Positions 18,931 through 28,961 are shown, numbered from the stretch's first letter. The stretch: 40,000 nt of DNA from Undibacterium sp. Ji22W (GCF_049340305.1 NZ_JBMPOU010000001.1:631511-671510); one strand, 5' to 3'. The notes: generated from the sequence alone by a model not told the origin. Program-made: numbers and translations.

Positions 18931-20919
18931 TTACATCAGGACATTCAACATCGCGTTTCCAATACCGATCAAAGCTGATCCAGCCAATAAGCCTGCCGCG
19001 ACAGCTTGCATACCATCGACCCAGACGCGATAGCCGGTGCTGTCCTTCGGGCTGGAGCGATGTTTGTTTTCCTTCAGCCAAAACACAAACGCACCGATCC
19101 ACATTGCCAATACTGCTTCCGGTGGTAACACCACACCAAGCCCAATCGAGATGGCAGAAAGGGGGAACTTACCCTTGCTAATAATGGTAGCGGCTTCAAA
19201 TATTACCGCCGCAATGGCCGCGATCATGACAGAAATGATTGCGCTATGCGAGAGGTTATTGAAGCCATGGCCTATGAGTTCGGCAACGCCTTTCCATTGC
19301 ATCGCGGCAGGAAAGGCGAATTGATCTGTGATAATCGTCGCAGTATGACGCACGCCATTCGCATCCGGCGGTAAGAACAGCAAAAAATACACAGGGATGC
19401 ATGCCAATGTGCCTGAAAAAATCCCGATCAAATGTCCTAAAACTTGATGACGTGGTTTGGCACCGAGCATATAGCCAGGTTTTATATCGGATAAGAGGCT
19501 AGCTGCACTGGAGGCCACCTCCGCCGACATCCCCGCCGGAATTAAGTTTGTCGCAGGATTGCTTCGGTCTAAAGCCCCCATAGAGAATTGCGTGATTTTT
19601 GATAAGCCGCTGGTTGGGATCCAAGATGTTAACGCCATCGAATTAATACAGATTACGGTCAGCAAATACACTAAGGCTAACGAGATAAACGCGAACATCC
19701 ATGGCACACCAAAGAAACTATGGGTCGCCCATACACCTAAAAAACTAAAGACAGGCACACCTAGGTACGAAATCCACAGTGGCACTTCGATATGCGCTAA
19801 GGGGTCCTGTGCTTGAACGGTTTTTTCTTCGGATTTAAAAAGGCGCGACAAGCCTTTGAAAATTTCTGGTTTGGCAAATAAGCTGATTAGGGCGGCCACG
19901 ACCATGATCACGATGCCCCACCACAGCGACCACTGATTCAAAATTTCTACGCGTGATAAGGGGACGAGCTGACCATCTAATCCTGTACGTGGCGCGATTT
20001 CGCCACGACTAATCATGATTGGTCCCAGAATGGCAAAATTGAGTACGGCTCCGATCAGGCAGCTAGTGGCAACACGGATACCCATTAAGGCGCCGACGCC
20101 TAACATTGCCGCGTCTAGCGTAAAGCGTAGGCCCAAGGTGCGGAAATCTGTGCCCAGAATTTTGGGTATCCACAGGTCGTATTTGACAGCCGCTTGATAG
20201 TAATAAGTATCGAGGCGCTCTTTCAGAAACCATGGCTCTGTGAGTCCAGCCCACTGATCCATGCGCAGTAATTTGAACTGCAATAATTTCATCCAACCAT
20301 CGCTAAGGATGATCTGCAAAGCGGCGGTCCACAATCCCACTTTAGCCAATAATTTTGCTTTAAAAATACCCGAGTCAGCATCGCCGGTATAGAGTGTATC
20401 GAGCACAACGCCGCAGGCATTGCCTTCGGGGAAGGGGAGTTGATCTTCATTGATGAAACGACGTTTGAGCGGAAATGCCAATAAGACCCCAAGAATCGCA
20501 ATAATGACCATCCAGATTAACATCTGCCACCAAGACGGAATCGTCGACGTAATCATCATATAGGCAGGCAGACAAGCGACTAAAGGCATTGTCATATAGC
20601 CAGCCGAAGTGGCAATCGACTGCGTGCAATTATTCTCTAGTATGGTGAAATTTTTTGCGATACCCGCATTGTCTAAAGCCTTGAATATGCCAAAGGCGAG
20701 AATCACTGAAATCAAATTAACGCCAATAGAAATACCCGTCTTGGCACCGATGTACATCGCGGTGGCCGACAATATTCCACCCAATAAAAAACCGGTCAAA
20801 CCGGAGCGCCAACTGAGTTGCGCCATGTCGCCGCGATACACATGATCTAACCACCACTGATCTTTTTGCTGGCGTGACCAGGATTTGATCTGTTCGTCAT
20901 TGAGCTGTTGAATTGGCAA
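18931..20919 (-). CDS. OPT-family oligopeptide transporter
   Basis: 662-aa polytopic membrane protein. The size and N-terminal region (WWLDHVYRGDMAQLSWRSGLTGFLLGGILS) are typical of bacterial OPT proteins. Confidence 0.75.
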   Translation of the reverse strand: MPIQQLNDEQIKSWSRQQKDQWWLDHVYRGDMAQLSWRSGLTGFLLGGILSATAMYIGAKTGISIGVNLISVILAFGIFKALDNAGIAKNFTILENNCTQSIATSAGYMTMPLVACLPAYMMITSTIPSWWQMLIWMVIIAILGVLLAFPLKRRFINEDQLPFPEGNACGVVLDTLYTGDADSGIFKAKLLAKVGLWTAALQIILSDGWMKLLQFKLLRMDQWAGLTEPWFLKERLDTYYYQAAVKYDLWIPKILGTDFRTLGLRFTLDAAMLGVGALMGIRVATSCLIGAVLNFAILGPIMISRGEIAPRTGLDGQLVPLSRVEILNQWSLWWGIVIMVVAALISLFAKPEIFKGLSRLFKSEEKTVQAQDPLAHIEVPLWISYLGVPVFSFLGVWATHSFFGVPWMFAFISLALVYLLTVICINSMALTSWIPTSGLSKITQFSMGALDRSNPATNLIPAGMSAEVASSAASLLSDIKPGYMLGAKPRHQVLGHLIGIFSGTLACIPVYFLLFLPPDANGVRHTATIITDQFAFPAAMQWKGVAELIGHGFNNLSHSAIISVMIAAIAAVIFEAATIISKGKFPLSAISIGLGVVLPPEAVLAMWIGAFVFWLKENKHRSSPKDSTGYRVWVDGMQAVAAGLLAGSALIGIGNAMLNVLM

Positions 20920-21057
20920 GGAGATCTCCAGATTTTTATTGTCAGGGAAGTATCTAGGGCAGTTGCCGTGTTGTCAAGACGAGTGATGTTTTCGCGACGC
21001 TTGAGATATACAAACTGTTCTTCTTTGAGAGCAATACACTACGCCCAACCGCCCAAC

Positions 21058-21093
21058 AACAAAAAAGCCCCGTTACCGGAGTAACGGGGCTTT
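21058..21093 (-). terminator. groEL rho-independent terminator
   Basis: On the minus strand, AAGCCCCGTTAC-tccg-GTAACGGGGCTT is followed by TTTTTTG. It lies 70 nt after the groEL stop. Confidence 0.8.
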
Positions 21094-21165
21094 CTCATTG
21101 TGTAGTGCTGCAGTATTACATTGCGAATAACTCTGAACGACTGTCGTGTCCAGTGTGTTCGGCTA

Positions 21166-22863
<1,698 letters not shown>

Positions 22864-22867
22864 TCAA

Positions 22868-23158
22868 TTATTTTTGAACGATAGCGAAGACGTCTTCTTC
22901 ACGCATAACCAACACTTCATTGCCGTCAACTTTGACAGCTTGACCAGAATATTTACCGAACAACACGCGGTCGCCAACTTTAACTTCTAAAGCGCGTACT
23001 GTGCCGTCTTCCAATACTTTGCCGTTACCAACAGCCAGTACTTCACCTTGATCTGGTTTCTCAGCTGCTGCGTCAGGCAAAACGATACCGGATGCTGTTT
23101 TTGTTTCTTGATCCAAACGTTTAACGATAATGCGATCGTGCAGGGGACGAAGATTCAT
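22868..23158 (-). CDS. groES: Co-chaperonin GroES
   Basis: [29 protein letters not shown], 96 aa, with AGGAG 6 nt upstream of the ATG at 23158. The ORF-track start at 23275 is an artefactual extension. Confidence 0.97.
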   Translation of the reverse strand: MNLRPLHDRIIVKRLDQETKTASGIVLPDAAAEKPDQGEVLAVGNGKVLEDGTVRALEVKVGDRVLFGKYSGQAVKVDGNEVLVMREEDVFAIVQK

Positions 23159-23257
23159 ACTAACTCCTAAAAAAATTACAAAAGTAAAATTACCAAAGTA
23201 AACAAAATTGCAAAAATGTGAGCTTACGTGTTTTGCGCCTAGCGATATGCAACCCAA

Positions 23258-23287
23258 CACATGGGAGCAGCACAAACCACTTTCAAG
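23258..23287 (-). promoter_or_regulatory. Possible second sigma-32-type promoter (CTTGAAA-N15-CCCATGTG), downstream of CIRCE
   Basis: The minus strand reads CTTGAAAgtggtttgtgctgctCCCATGTG. CCCATGTGG also recurs on the minus strand at about 23298-23306. Confidence 0.35.
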
Positions 23288-23339
23288 CCTTCAGTTCCAC
23301 ATGGGAATATGTTGCCAAAATAAAATGCTGGTTTGATTG

Positions 23340-23366
23340 TTAGCACTCTCTTTCGCTGAGTGCTAA
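23340..23366. promoter_or_regulatory. CIRCE operator (HrcA binding site)
   Basis: TTAGCACTC-tctttcgct-GAGTGCTAA is a perfect match to the CIRCE consensus TTAGCACTC-N9-GAGTGCTAA. Confidence 0.9.
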
Positions 23367-23367
23367 T

Positions 23368-23395
23368 TATATGGGCGGGTTGGGGCTTTTTCAAG
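23368..23395 (-). promoter_or_regulatory. Sigma-32 (RpoH) heat-shock promoter of groESL
   Basis: The minus strand reads CTTGAAAaagccccaacccgCCCATATA, a -35 CTTGAAA, 13-nt spacer and CCCATnT-type -10. It lies immediately upstream of CIRCE. Confidence 0.6.
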
Positions 23396-23525
23396 GAAGA
23401 AAGTTGAAAATAGCGGTTTTATTTTAAAAATCAGGGGGTTAGCACGGATTATTGCATTGTCTGGGATGTGAAATAGGGAGATTCTTGCACTTGTTTTGTG
23501 ATGAGAATTTACATAAAAGACGGCG

Positions 23526-24530
23526 TTAGAGGCTATCAAGCGGACTGCGTACACCACCAGCAATCTTTAAAATATGCGTATAAATCATGGTGGTGCTCAC
23601 ATCATTGTGTCCAAGCAAATCTTGAACCGTACGAATATCGCAACCACTTTGCAATAAGTGGGTGGCAAAGCTGTGCCTCAGGGTATGCGGTGAGGCAGGT
23701 TTAAAACAGGCGTTTTTCTTTAATGCGAGCTGAAACGCACGACGAAATGTTTGCGGATAAAGGTGATGCCGACGGACTATACGAGAACGAGGATCGGTAG
23801 AGACAGACTGTTGAGGAAAGACCCAAAACCAAGCCCAACTCTGATCAGCACGCGGATATTTTTTTGCAAGTGCAAATGGCATGTCGACACCGGCAAGCTC
23901 ATTTCGTCTATCCATTTCCCAGATCGTATGGCAACGCGCCAATTGTTCTTTTAAGGCGGGAACTAAGCTCTGAGGTTCTTTTAAGGCGGGAACTAAGCTC
24001 TGAGGAAGCATCACAACGCGATCTTTGAAACCCTTACCATCACGAATCAAGATCGCACCATGATCAAATTCAATATCTTTTACTCTCAATCGGGCAGCTT
24101 CCATGATGCGCATACCGGTTCCATACAAGAGTCTTGCAAATAGGCCAAAGGTCGTATTGCTGGAGTCGAGCACTTGAATGGTTTGTTGAACCTCTAATTT
24201 GGTAAGCACAACTGGTAAATGCTTTTTTTCCTTGGGGCGACCAATGTCGTTTAACCAAGGCAATTCGATTTTAAGCACTTCTTTATACAAATAGAGAATT
24301 GCACTTAAGGCTTGACGGTGCGTCGAAGGCGAAACCTTTCGCTCGACAACCAGCATAGACAAAAATGCTTCAACCTCCGGCCCTCCCATGTCCTTTGGAT
24401 GTCGAAGACCCGACCAACGAATAAAAAAACGGATCCAGTAAACATAATTTTTCTCTGTCGCAAGACTGTAATGTTTATAACGTATGCTCTCGCGCACTTG
24501 ATCCAACAAACGAGGTACTTTCGCTTCCAT
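23526..24530 (-). CDS. intI: Integron integrase IntI (tyrosine recombinase)
   Basis: Collinear with recalled IntI1: [99 protein letters not shown]. It also carries the IntI-specific insert [39 protein letters not shown]. It is divergent from the cassette array. Confidence 0.93.
   Translation of the reverse strand: MEAKVPRLLDQVRESIRYKHYSLATEKNYVYWIRFFIRWSGLRHPKDMGGPEVEAFLSMLVVERKVSPSTHRQALSAILYLYKEVLKIELPWLNDIGRPKEKKHLPVVLTKLEVQQTIQVLDSSNTTFGLFARLLYGTGMRIMEAARLRVKDIEFDHGAILIRDGKGFKDRVVMLPQSLVPALKEPQSLVPALKEQLARCHTIWEMDRRNELAGVDMPFALAKKYPRADQSWAWFWVFPQQSVSTDPRSRIVRRHHLYPQTFRRAFQLALKKNACFKPASPHTLRHSFATHLLQSGCDIRTVQDLLGHNDVSTTMIYTHILKIAGGVRSPLDSL
23946..24006. repeat. Perfect 30-bp tandem duplication inside intI ([10 protein letters not shown] x2)
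   Basis: TTCTTTTAAGGCGGGAACTAAGCTCTGAGG occurs at 23947-23976 and again at 23977-24006. The duplication is in frame. Confidence 0.95.
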
Positions 24531-24548
24531 CTAGGTTCCCTTGTTATA

Positions 24549-24564
24549 CTGTATATTTATACAG
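24549..24564. promoter_or_regulatory. LexA box (SOS box) overlapping the putative intI promoter
   Basis: CTGTATATTTATACAG fits CTGT-N8-ACAG perfectly, 19 nt upstream of the intI ATG. On the minus strand, TTTACT-N18-TATAAA places the -10 inside the box. Confidence 0.8.
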
Positions 24565-24574
24565 TATAACAAAA

Positions 24575-24645
24575 AAGAAGCAGTAAACATAAGCCTTTTG
24601 AGAAAGTTGAAACAGTGTTGCTCAATTTGTACGTTTGTGTTAACG
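24575..24645 (+). other. attI region with its core site GTTAACG (crossover G|TT at 24639/24640)
   Basis: It lies between intI and the first cassette ORF. TTTGT repeats are followed by GTTAAC. The extent is approximate. Confidence 0.45.
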
Positions 24646-24679
24646 TCGGTTTTTTCACTTTAAAACAAGTTAAATCTCA

Positions 24680-25117
24680 ATGAGTATGCCCAAGCCCAAA
24701 CGTATCGAAGAGATCACGGTATCCGATTTGAAGTTACATCGTTGGTGCTACTTCCACGACGATGAGGCTGGGTTCGATGCGTTTGAATATGTTATTCCAG
24801 ATACACATGAGCAGTTTGACGAGAACGTAATCGAGCTTGAACTAGCTGTCTTTAAATTTGATGGTGACAGAGAGTATTTCGGGATGTATGACGGCTCAAA
24901 GTCTTATAGCATTTTTCTAAATAATGAGTGGTTCTATTTTTGGCATGGAGTTCGCAAGCCGACAGAGTCGGAAATAGCCCATCTCAAAGATACGCTAATG
25001 GCGTCCGATTTAACGTTTCCGATTTCAGCACGAGCCTATTGGTCTGATCGGACCGAGTTATTTCGCGGACTTCGCTATTATGACGAACGGGGTGTCGAGG
25101 TTGAACTTGAGATTTAA
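24680..25117 (+). CDS. Cassette 1 ORF, unknown function (145 aa, acidic, aromatic-rich, cytoplasmic)
   Basis: Sole long ORF in cassette 24640-25198. Its stop codon lies inside the attC R'' box. No family recognised. Confidence 0.65.
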   Translation: MSMPKPKRIEEITVSDLKLHRWCYFHDDEAGFDAFEYVIPDTHEQFDENVIELELAVFKFDGDREYFGMYDGSKSYSIFLNNEWFYFWHGVRKPTESEIAHLKDTLMASDLTFPISARAYWSDRTELFRGLRYYDERGVEVELEI

Positions 25118-25204
25118 CTTGGCGGTCGGCGAGGAATCGCCGCGACCGACTTCTATACTATTTTATTTATTGGTGGCGGCGATCCCGGCACCTCAACGTT
25201 AAGC
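25112..25204 (+). repeat. attC 1 (93 bp; R'' ATTTAAC, R' GTTAAGC)
   Basis: The arms GGAATCGCCGCGACC and GGTGGCGGCGATCC are complementary. The 3' end CACCTCAACGTTAAGC is shared with other attC sites in the array. Confidence 0.75.
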
Positions 25205-25214
25205 ATCAAATTAA

Positions 25215-25475
25215 ATGAGACCTTTAGAGCGAATAGACGAAATATCAAATCTCATTAAAGAGATTTGGAATGGACTTCCAAGCATGAGGTATATGCAGTT
25301 AATCTACGTTTTGCAATCGAGTTTTTCAGAGAAGAATAAAAATATTGGAAGAATTGAGGCACGTGAGGATGGAACTAACTCCAGAATTGGATTCGATTTA
25401 TTTCATATTGAAGACGACGAGTTAAAACTTTTCCTCGAAAGCTTTCTATTTGATCTTAAAACAAACAATGCTTAA
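25215..25475 (+). CDS. Cassette 2 ORF, unknown function (86 aa)
   Basis: Sole ORF in cassette 25199-25553. Its stop codon lies inside R''. Confidence 0.6.
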   Translation: MRPLERIDEISNLIKEIWNGLPSMRYMQLIYVLQSSFSEKNKNIGRIEAREDGTNSRIGFDLFHIEDDELKLFLESFLFDLKTNNA

Positions 25476-25559
25476 CAGGTCAAGCGATGGAGAATCGCCA
25501 ATGACTATCTCACTGAAATTTTTGACCGTCGTGGCGATCTCGTCATTTCGGCGTTAAAC
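25470..25559 (+). repeat. attC 2 (90 bp; R'' GCTTAAC, R' GTTAAAC)
   Basis: R'' is the exact complement of this cassette's 5' boundary GTTAAGC. The arms GAGAATCGCCA and TGGCGATCTC pair. The 3' end GTCATTTCGGCGTTAAAC is identical to that of attC 3. Confidence 0.85.
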
Positions 25560-25570
25560 ATCAACAGCAA

Positions 25571-26068
25571 ATGCGCACAATCTCACTATTAATTGCAGTT
25601 CTTTTGGGCGTTCTAACTTTTTCAGTAACGTGCTTTGCCGCGCAAGCGCTGACTCCCCAAAAGGCGCTTGTTGCGAAGCTATATAAAAATTATGCATTCG
25701 AAGCTATACGCGATGAATCCGACTTAGATGGTGAATTTTTAGATAGACCCCGCAACGTATTACTTTCTTACTTGACGCCAAGTCTGGCGAAATTGGTTTT
25801 AAAAGATAGAAAATGCGCGGCTGACACACACGAAATTTGCAACTTGGACTTTATGCCACTTTGGGATAGCCAGGATCCGACTGGTGCCATTGTCCGGATT
25901 TTGCCAACGAGTAAAAACGATGAGGTTAATGTCCAATTGAGGTACGGGTCAGAAACACGAACACTCACTTACTTTCTTACACTCACTAATTTAGGTTGGC
26001 GAATTCGGGACATCGCTTATGAAAACGGACGAAAATCTCTGGTTGATATCCTCGGGCGAGCAAAATGA
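25571..26068 (+). CDS. Cassette 3 ORF, exported protein of unknown function (165 aa)
   Basis: Signal peptide MRTISLLIAVLLGVLTFSVTCFAAQA. The motif CNLDFMPLWDSQDP reminds me of DUF3828-type periplasmic proteins, but this is memory only and unverified. Confidence 0.65.
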   Translation: MRTISLLIAVLLGVLTFSVTCFAAQALTPQKALVAKLYKNYAFEAIRDESDLDGEFLDRPRNVLLSYLTPSLAKLVLKDRKCAADTHEICNLDFMPLWDSQDPTGAIVRILPTSKNDEVNVQLRYGSETRTLTYFLTLTNLGWRIRDIAYENGRKSLVDILGRAK

Positions 26069-26096
26069 TCGCTGCTTACAATTCTCAGGTATTGAT

Positions 26097-26153
26097 GTTT
26101 AACTCAACAATCGACTGGGACGCGCTGGCGAGCCGGTCATTTCGGCGTTAAAC
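26097..26153 (+). repeat. attC 3 (57 bp; R'' GTTTAAC, R' GTTAAAC)
   Basis: R'' and R' are perfectly complementary. The arms CGACTGG and CCGGTCA pair with bulges. Confidence 0.85.
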
Positions 26154-26167
26154 CTCAAGTTCCACTT

Positions 26168-26551
26168 ATGACATTTCTCCTCAAGCGAATTTTAGCTTTC
26201 CTCCCTGGAGGCATCCTAGTAGCTCTATCGACTATAGCAATTGAGTATGAAGATAAAGAACGCTTGGTTTTGGACTCAGACGGTTGGCTCATCGAGTTTA
26301 ACAAAGCATCGAAGTTAGTGTCTCGATCAGGGACGCTAGCTGCTTCGTTCGGGTCGATTCTGTCTGTTGATGTCGAACATTCCGTCAATGGAAAACGCTT
26401 CGAGTGGTGGGTTCTCAACCTGACACTCCAAGGAGGGAAGAAAATTTTTGTTGGTCGCTCAACTGATAGTGCTGAGGTGTCGATCGCAGCTGCGCATATC
26501 GCAAATGCAGTCAGCAAACGGGTTAGAGCTATTGAAAAGATAGGATTTTGA
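26168..26551 (+). CDS. Cassette 4 ORF, unknown function (127 aa, N-terminal hydrophobic anchor)
   Basis: The + strand ORF has the cassette orientation and fits inside cassette 26148-26654. The hydrophobic segment is LAFLPGGILVALSTIAI. Confidence 0.6.
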   Translation: MTFLLKRILAFLPGGILVALSTIAIEYEDKERLVLDSDGWLIEFNKASKLVSRSGTLAASFGSILSVDVEHSVNGKRFEWWVLNLTLQGGKKIFVGRSTDSAEVSIAAAHIANAVSKRVRAIEKIGF

Positions 26552-26567
26552 TTGGAAGAATATTGAG

Positions 26568-26660
26568 GTTTAACATTACGGTCGTAGGGGAATCGCCAGT
26601 GAGGATTTCTCGCTTTATTAATTTTCTGGTGGCGGTGATCTCGACACCTCTGCATTAGGC
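26568..26660 (+). repeat. attC 4 (93 bp; R'' GTTTAAC, defective R' ATTAGGC)
   Basis: It aligns along its length with attC 1 (GGAATCGCC ... CTGGTGGCGGTGATCTCGACACCT). At the position of the invariant R' G it reads A. Confidence 0.7.
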
Positions 26661-26683
26661 TTTCATACAACCACGGGCTCCCA

Positions 26684-27373
26684 ATGAGACACAGCGAACG
26701 ACATAGAACTCACAGAACTGGCTGGCTACGGGCCGCCGTGTTGGGTGCCAATGATGGGATTGTCTCTACTGCGAGCCTGGTCCTTGGGATAGCGGCTACA
26801 GGCGCCAGCACCAAGATCATTCTCGTTACAGGTGTTGCAAGCCTCGTTGCTGGAGCCATGTCAATGGCAGCAGGCGAATATGTTTCGGTCAGCTCACAGG
26901 CCGACACTGAAGGCGCAGATCTGGATCGAGAAAAAGCTGAACTTGTGGAGAACCCAGCCCAAGAACACGCAGAACTTATGGCGATCTACGTTAAGCGCGG
27001 ACTGGATGAGGCATTGGCATCGAGCGTCGCAACTAAGTTAATGGCGCACGATGCGCTTGCCGCGCATGCACGAGATGAGCTAGGTATCTCAGACACCTTG
27101 GCCGCCAAACCAATCCAGGCAGCGCTCGCCTCTGCGGGCACTTTTGCCGCTGGCGCACTTCTACCGCTGCTAATGGTCTTCGTTTTTCCCGCAGCAGCGC
27201 TTATGTGGGGTCTTGCCGGAAGCTCACTCCTTTTCCTTGCTCTGCTGGGTCTGATTGCCGCACGCGCAGGAGGCTCCCCAATGCTCGTGTCTGTGACGCG
27301 CGTAACATTCTGGGGAGCATTAGCAATGGGACTTACCGCTGGAGTTGGCGCCATCTTTGGAGTGGCAGCATGA
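26684..27373 (+). CDS. Cassette 5 ORF: VIT1/CCC1-family (DUF125) iron/manganese transporter
   Basis: HSERHRTHRTGWLRAAVLGANDGIVSTASLVLG is the family's hallmark N-terminus. It has the cytoplasmic E-rich helix and C-terminal TM bundle. The segment is visibly more GC-rich than neighbouring cassettes. Confidence 0.8.
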   Translation: MRHSERHRTHRTGWLRAAVLGANDGIVSTASLVLGIAATGASTKIILVTGVASLVAGAMSMAAGEYVSVSSQADTEGADLDREKAELVENPAQEHAELMAIYVKRGLDEALASSVATKLMAHDALAAHARDELGISDTLAAKPIQAALASAGTFAAGALLPLLMVFVFPAAALMWGLAGSSLLFLALLGLIAARAGGSPMLVSVTRVTFWGALAMGLTAGVGAIFGVAA

Positions 27374-27434
27374 AGCATTAAACGCGACACCTTTGAGGTA
27401 TATATGTTCTCAACGCCCTCTAGTACGCGCACCA

Positions 27435-27501
27435 GCCTCACCGTAAGTTCGAGTGCGGCCGCAATGCTTCGCATCGCGGCTCCTCAACCTTGGCGTTAAA
27501 C
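27435..27501 (+). repeat. attC 5 (67 bp; R'' GCCTCAC, R' GTTAAAC)
   Basis: R'' complements this cassette's 5' boundary (G)TTAGGC at 6 of 7 positions. There is a central stem GCCGCAATGC/GCATCGCGGC, and the arms AAGTTCGAG and CTCAACCTT pair. Confidence 0.65.
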
Positions 27502-27568
27502 AGCTAAGAATTTTCAGTACCTCACAAATAATGAATGAAATGCGTAGACTTCAAAAGATGAAAAACAA

Positions 27569-28315
27569 ATGAATAAAGTTTTTAGCTTAGGTTTTTTTAT
27601 TGCATTGTTTGTTATTGCAAATGCTTCCGCACTCACCAATGATCAAGAATGTGCTGAGGATATATTTGATATTTCAGCGCGCTACTTAAATCTCAAGAAT
27701 TTTACATATAAATCTAAAAATGGTGTTGTTATCGCGGCCGCATGCAAGGCCTCTCCGACTAATCCCAATTTGATCTTATCCGTCTTTGCATACGATAGTG
27801 CTATCAAAGATGAGAAGAATTTACTGGTAGCTATCATTGATGAAAAAAGAAACCAGATAGTTAGTAGCTACAAGAGTGTGATGAATCAGGACTTCTCGAC
27901 TCAGTTTAGTGAAAACAGCTTCAAGCTTGATACTGGGAGATACCAACTTTCCGATAAAGTGAGAGCATTTGGCGTCAGGTTTGATAATGCAGCAATATCT
28001 AGTTGTGGTGAGGAAGGTGGTCAGAATGATAATCTCACTTTGTTTGTGCAGGAAGGAAAAAAATTGCGTGCTGTTTTTGATATGTACATGTATTGGTATC
28101 GCTTAATTGAAGGAATTCGCTGCAATCCAAATTCTGAGGCAATTATGGAGAATGCCTACCTCACAGGGGCAGTGCAAAGGAACAGTACCAATGGTTTTGC
28201 TGACCTATTGCTTACTGCAAAAATTGATAGAAATCGTGTTGAACATCATTTGCTTCGCTACGATGGAAAGAGTTACCAAACAGGTTCCCAAAAACCTTGG
28301 TGGTTAGGGTATTGA
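27569..28315 (+). CDS. Cassette 6 ORF, secreted protein of unknown function (248 aa)
   Basis: Signal peptide MNKVFSLGFFIALFVIANASA, AT-rich coding and several Cys residues. No family recognised. Confidence 0.65.
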   Translation: MNKVFSLGFFIALFVIANASALTNDQECAEDIFDISARYLNLKNFTYKSKNGVVIAAACKASPTNPNLILSVFAYDSAIKDEKNLLVAIIDEKRNQIVSSYKSVMNQDFSTQFSENSFKLDTGRYQLSDKVRAFGVRFDNAAISSCGEEGGQNDNLTLFVQEGKKLRAVFDMYMYWYRLIEGIRCNPNSEAIMENAYLTGAVQRNSTNGFADLLLTAKIDRNRVEHHLLRYDGKSYQTGSQKPWWLGY

Positions 28316-28337
28316 GCCATTTAAGAAAGTAGAAGGA

Positions 28338-28391
28338 TGTTTAACTTTCCAATCAACTCGGACGCTGCGCACCTGCTATTTTAACGTTAGA
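28338..28391 (+). repeat. attC 6 (54 bp; R'' GTTTAAC, R' GTTAGAG)
   Basis: R'' exactly complements the cassette's 5' boundary GTTAAAC. The 3' end GCGCACCTGCTATTTTAACGTTAGAG resembles that of attC 8. Internal pairing is weak. Confidence 0.6.
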
Positions 28392-28406
28392 GGTTTAATT
28401 AAGCAC

Positions 28407-28961
28407 ATGGCAAAAATTGAAGTAGGAAAAGGAAGAAGTAAGATTGAGCAAACTAATCATGGTTTGCGAATTACTATCCCGTCTAAAAAGAATTTCTTTT
28501 TAATCGCCTTCATGGGCTTTTGGCTAATGGGTTGGGCATTTGGTGAGGTGTCAGTTTTAAAAGAATTATTAAATCCAAAAGATGGAGCGCCGCAATTTTT
28601 TCTTATTGCGTGGCTTGGTGGCTGGACTGTCGGTGGAGCCTTCGCCATATATGCTTGGCTTTGGAATGTTATGGGGAAAGAAATAGTAGACATAACTTCG
28701 TCAGAGCTAAGTCACATCAAGATTGTTGCTGGGTTTAGTAGAAGTAGTGAATATGCAGTATCTTCAATATCAAAATTAAGGCTGCAACCACAAAACACGT
28801 CGATGTTTGGCTCTAGAAATGGAATGGAGTTTTGGGGTATCACAGGAGGCACTATTGCCTTTGACTACGGACAAAGTACCCATAAATTCGGGGCGCAACT
28901 TGATGAAGCGGAAGCTAGCCATGTTATTGAAGCCATTAAAAACAGGTTCACAAACCTCTAG
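28407..28961 (+). CDS. Cassette 7 ORF, membrane protein of unknown function (184 aa, 2 TM)
   Basis: TM segments FFLIAFMGFWLMGWAFG and FFLIAWLGGWTVGGAFAIYAWLW. The stop codon TAG lies inside R''. Confidence 0.65.
   Translation: MAKIEVGKGRSKIEQTNHGLRITIPSKKNFFLIAFMGFWLMGWAFGEVSVLKELLNPKDGAPQFFLIAWLGGWTVGGAFAIYAWLWNVMGKEIVDITSSELSHIKIVAGFSRSSEYAVSSISKLRLQPQNTSMFGSRNGMEFWGITGGTIAFDYGQSTHKFGAQLDEAEASHVIEAIKNRFTNL

Noticed and set aside
23159-23275. 39-aa extension of groES in the ORF track.
   Set aside because: GroES is about 96 aa. An AGGAG-ATG start at 23158 gives the canonical MNLRPLHDR. The extension would run through the leader region.
26155-26670. 171-aa minus-strand ORF covering all of cassette 4.
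   Set aside because: It spans both attC 3 and attC 4 boundaries and is oriented against the array. Its sequence is Arg/Ser/Pro-rich and not protein-like. The + strand 127-aa ORF fits within the cassette.
26986-27474. 162-aa minus-strand ORF antisense to the VIT transporter gene and attC 5.
   Set aside because: It is Ala/Arg/Ser-rich, a GC-driven antisense frame. The + strand product has the diagnostic VIT N-terminus.
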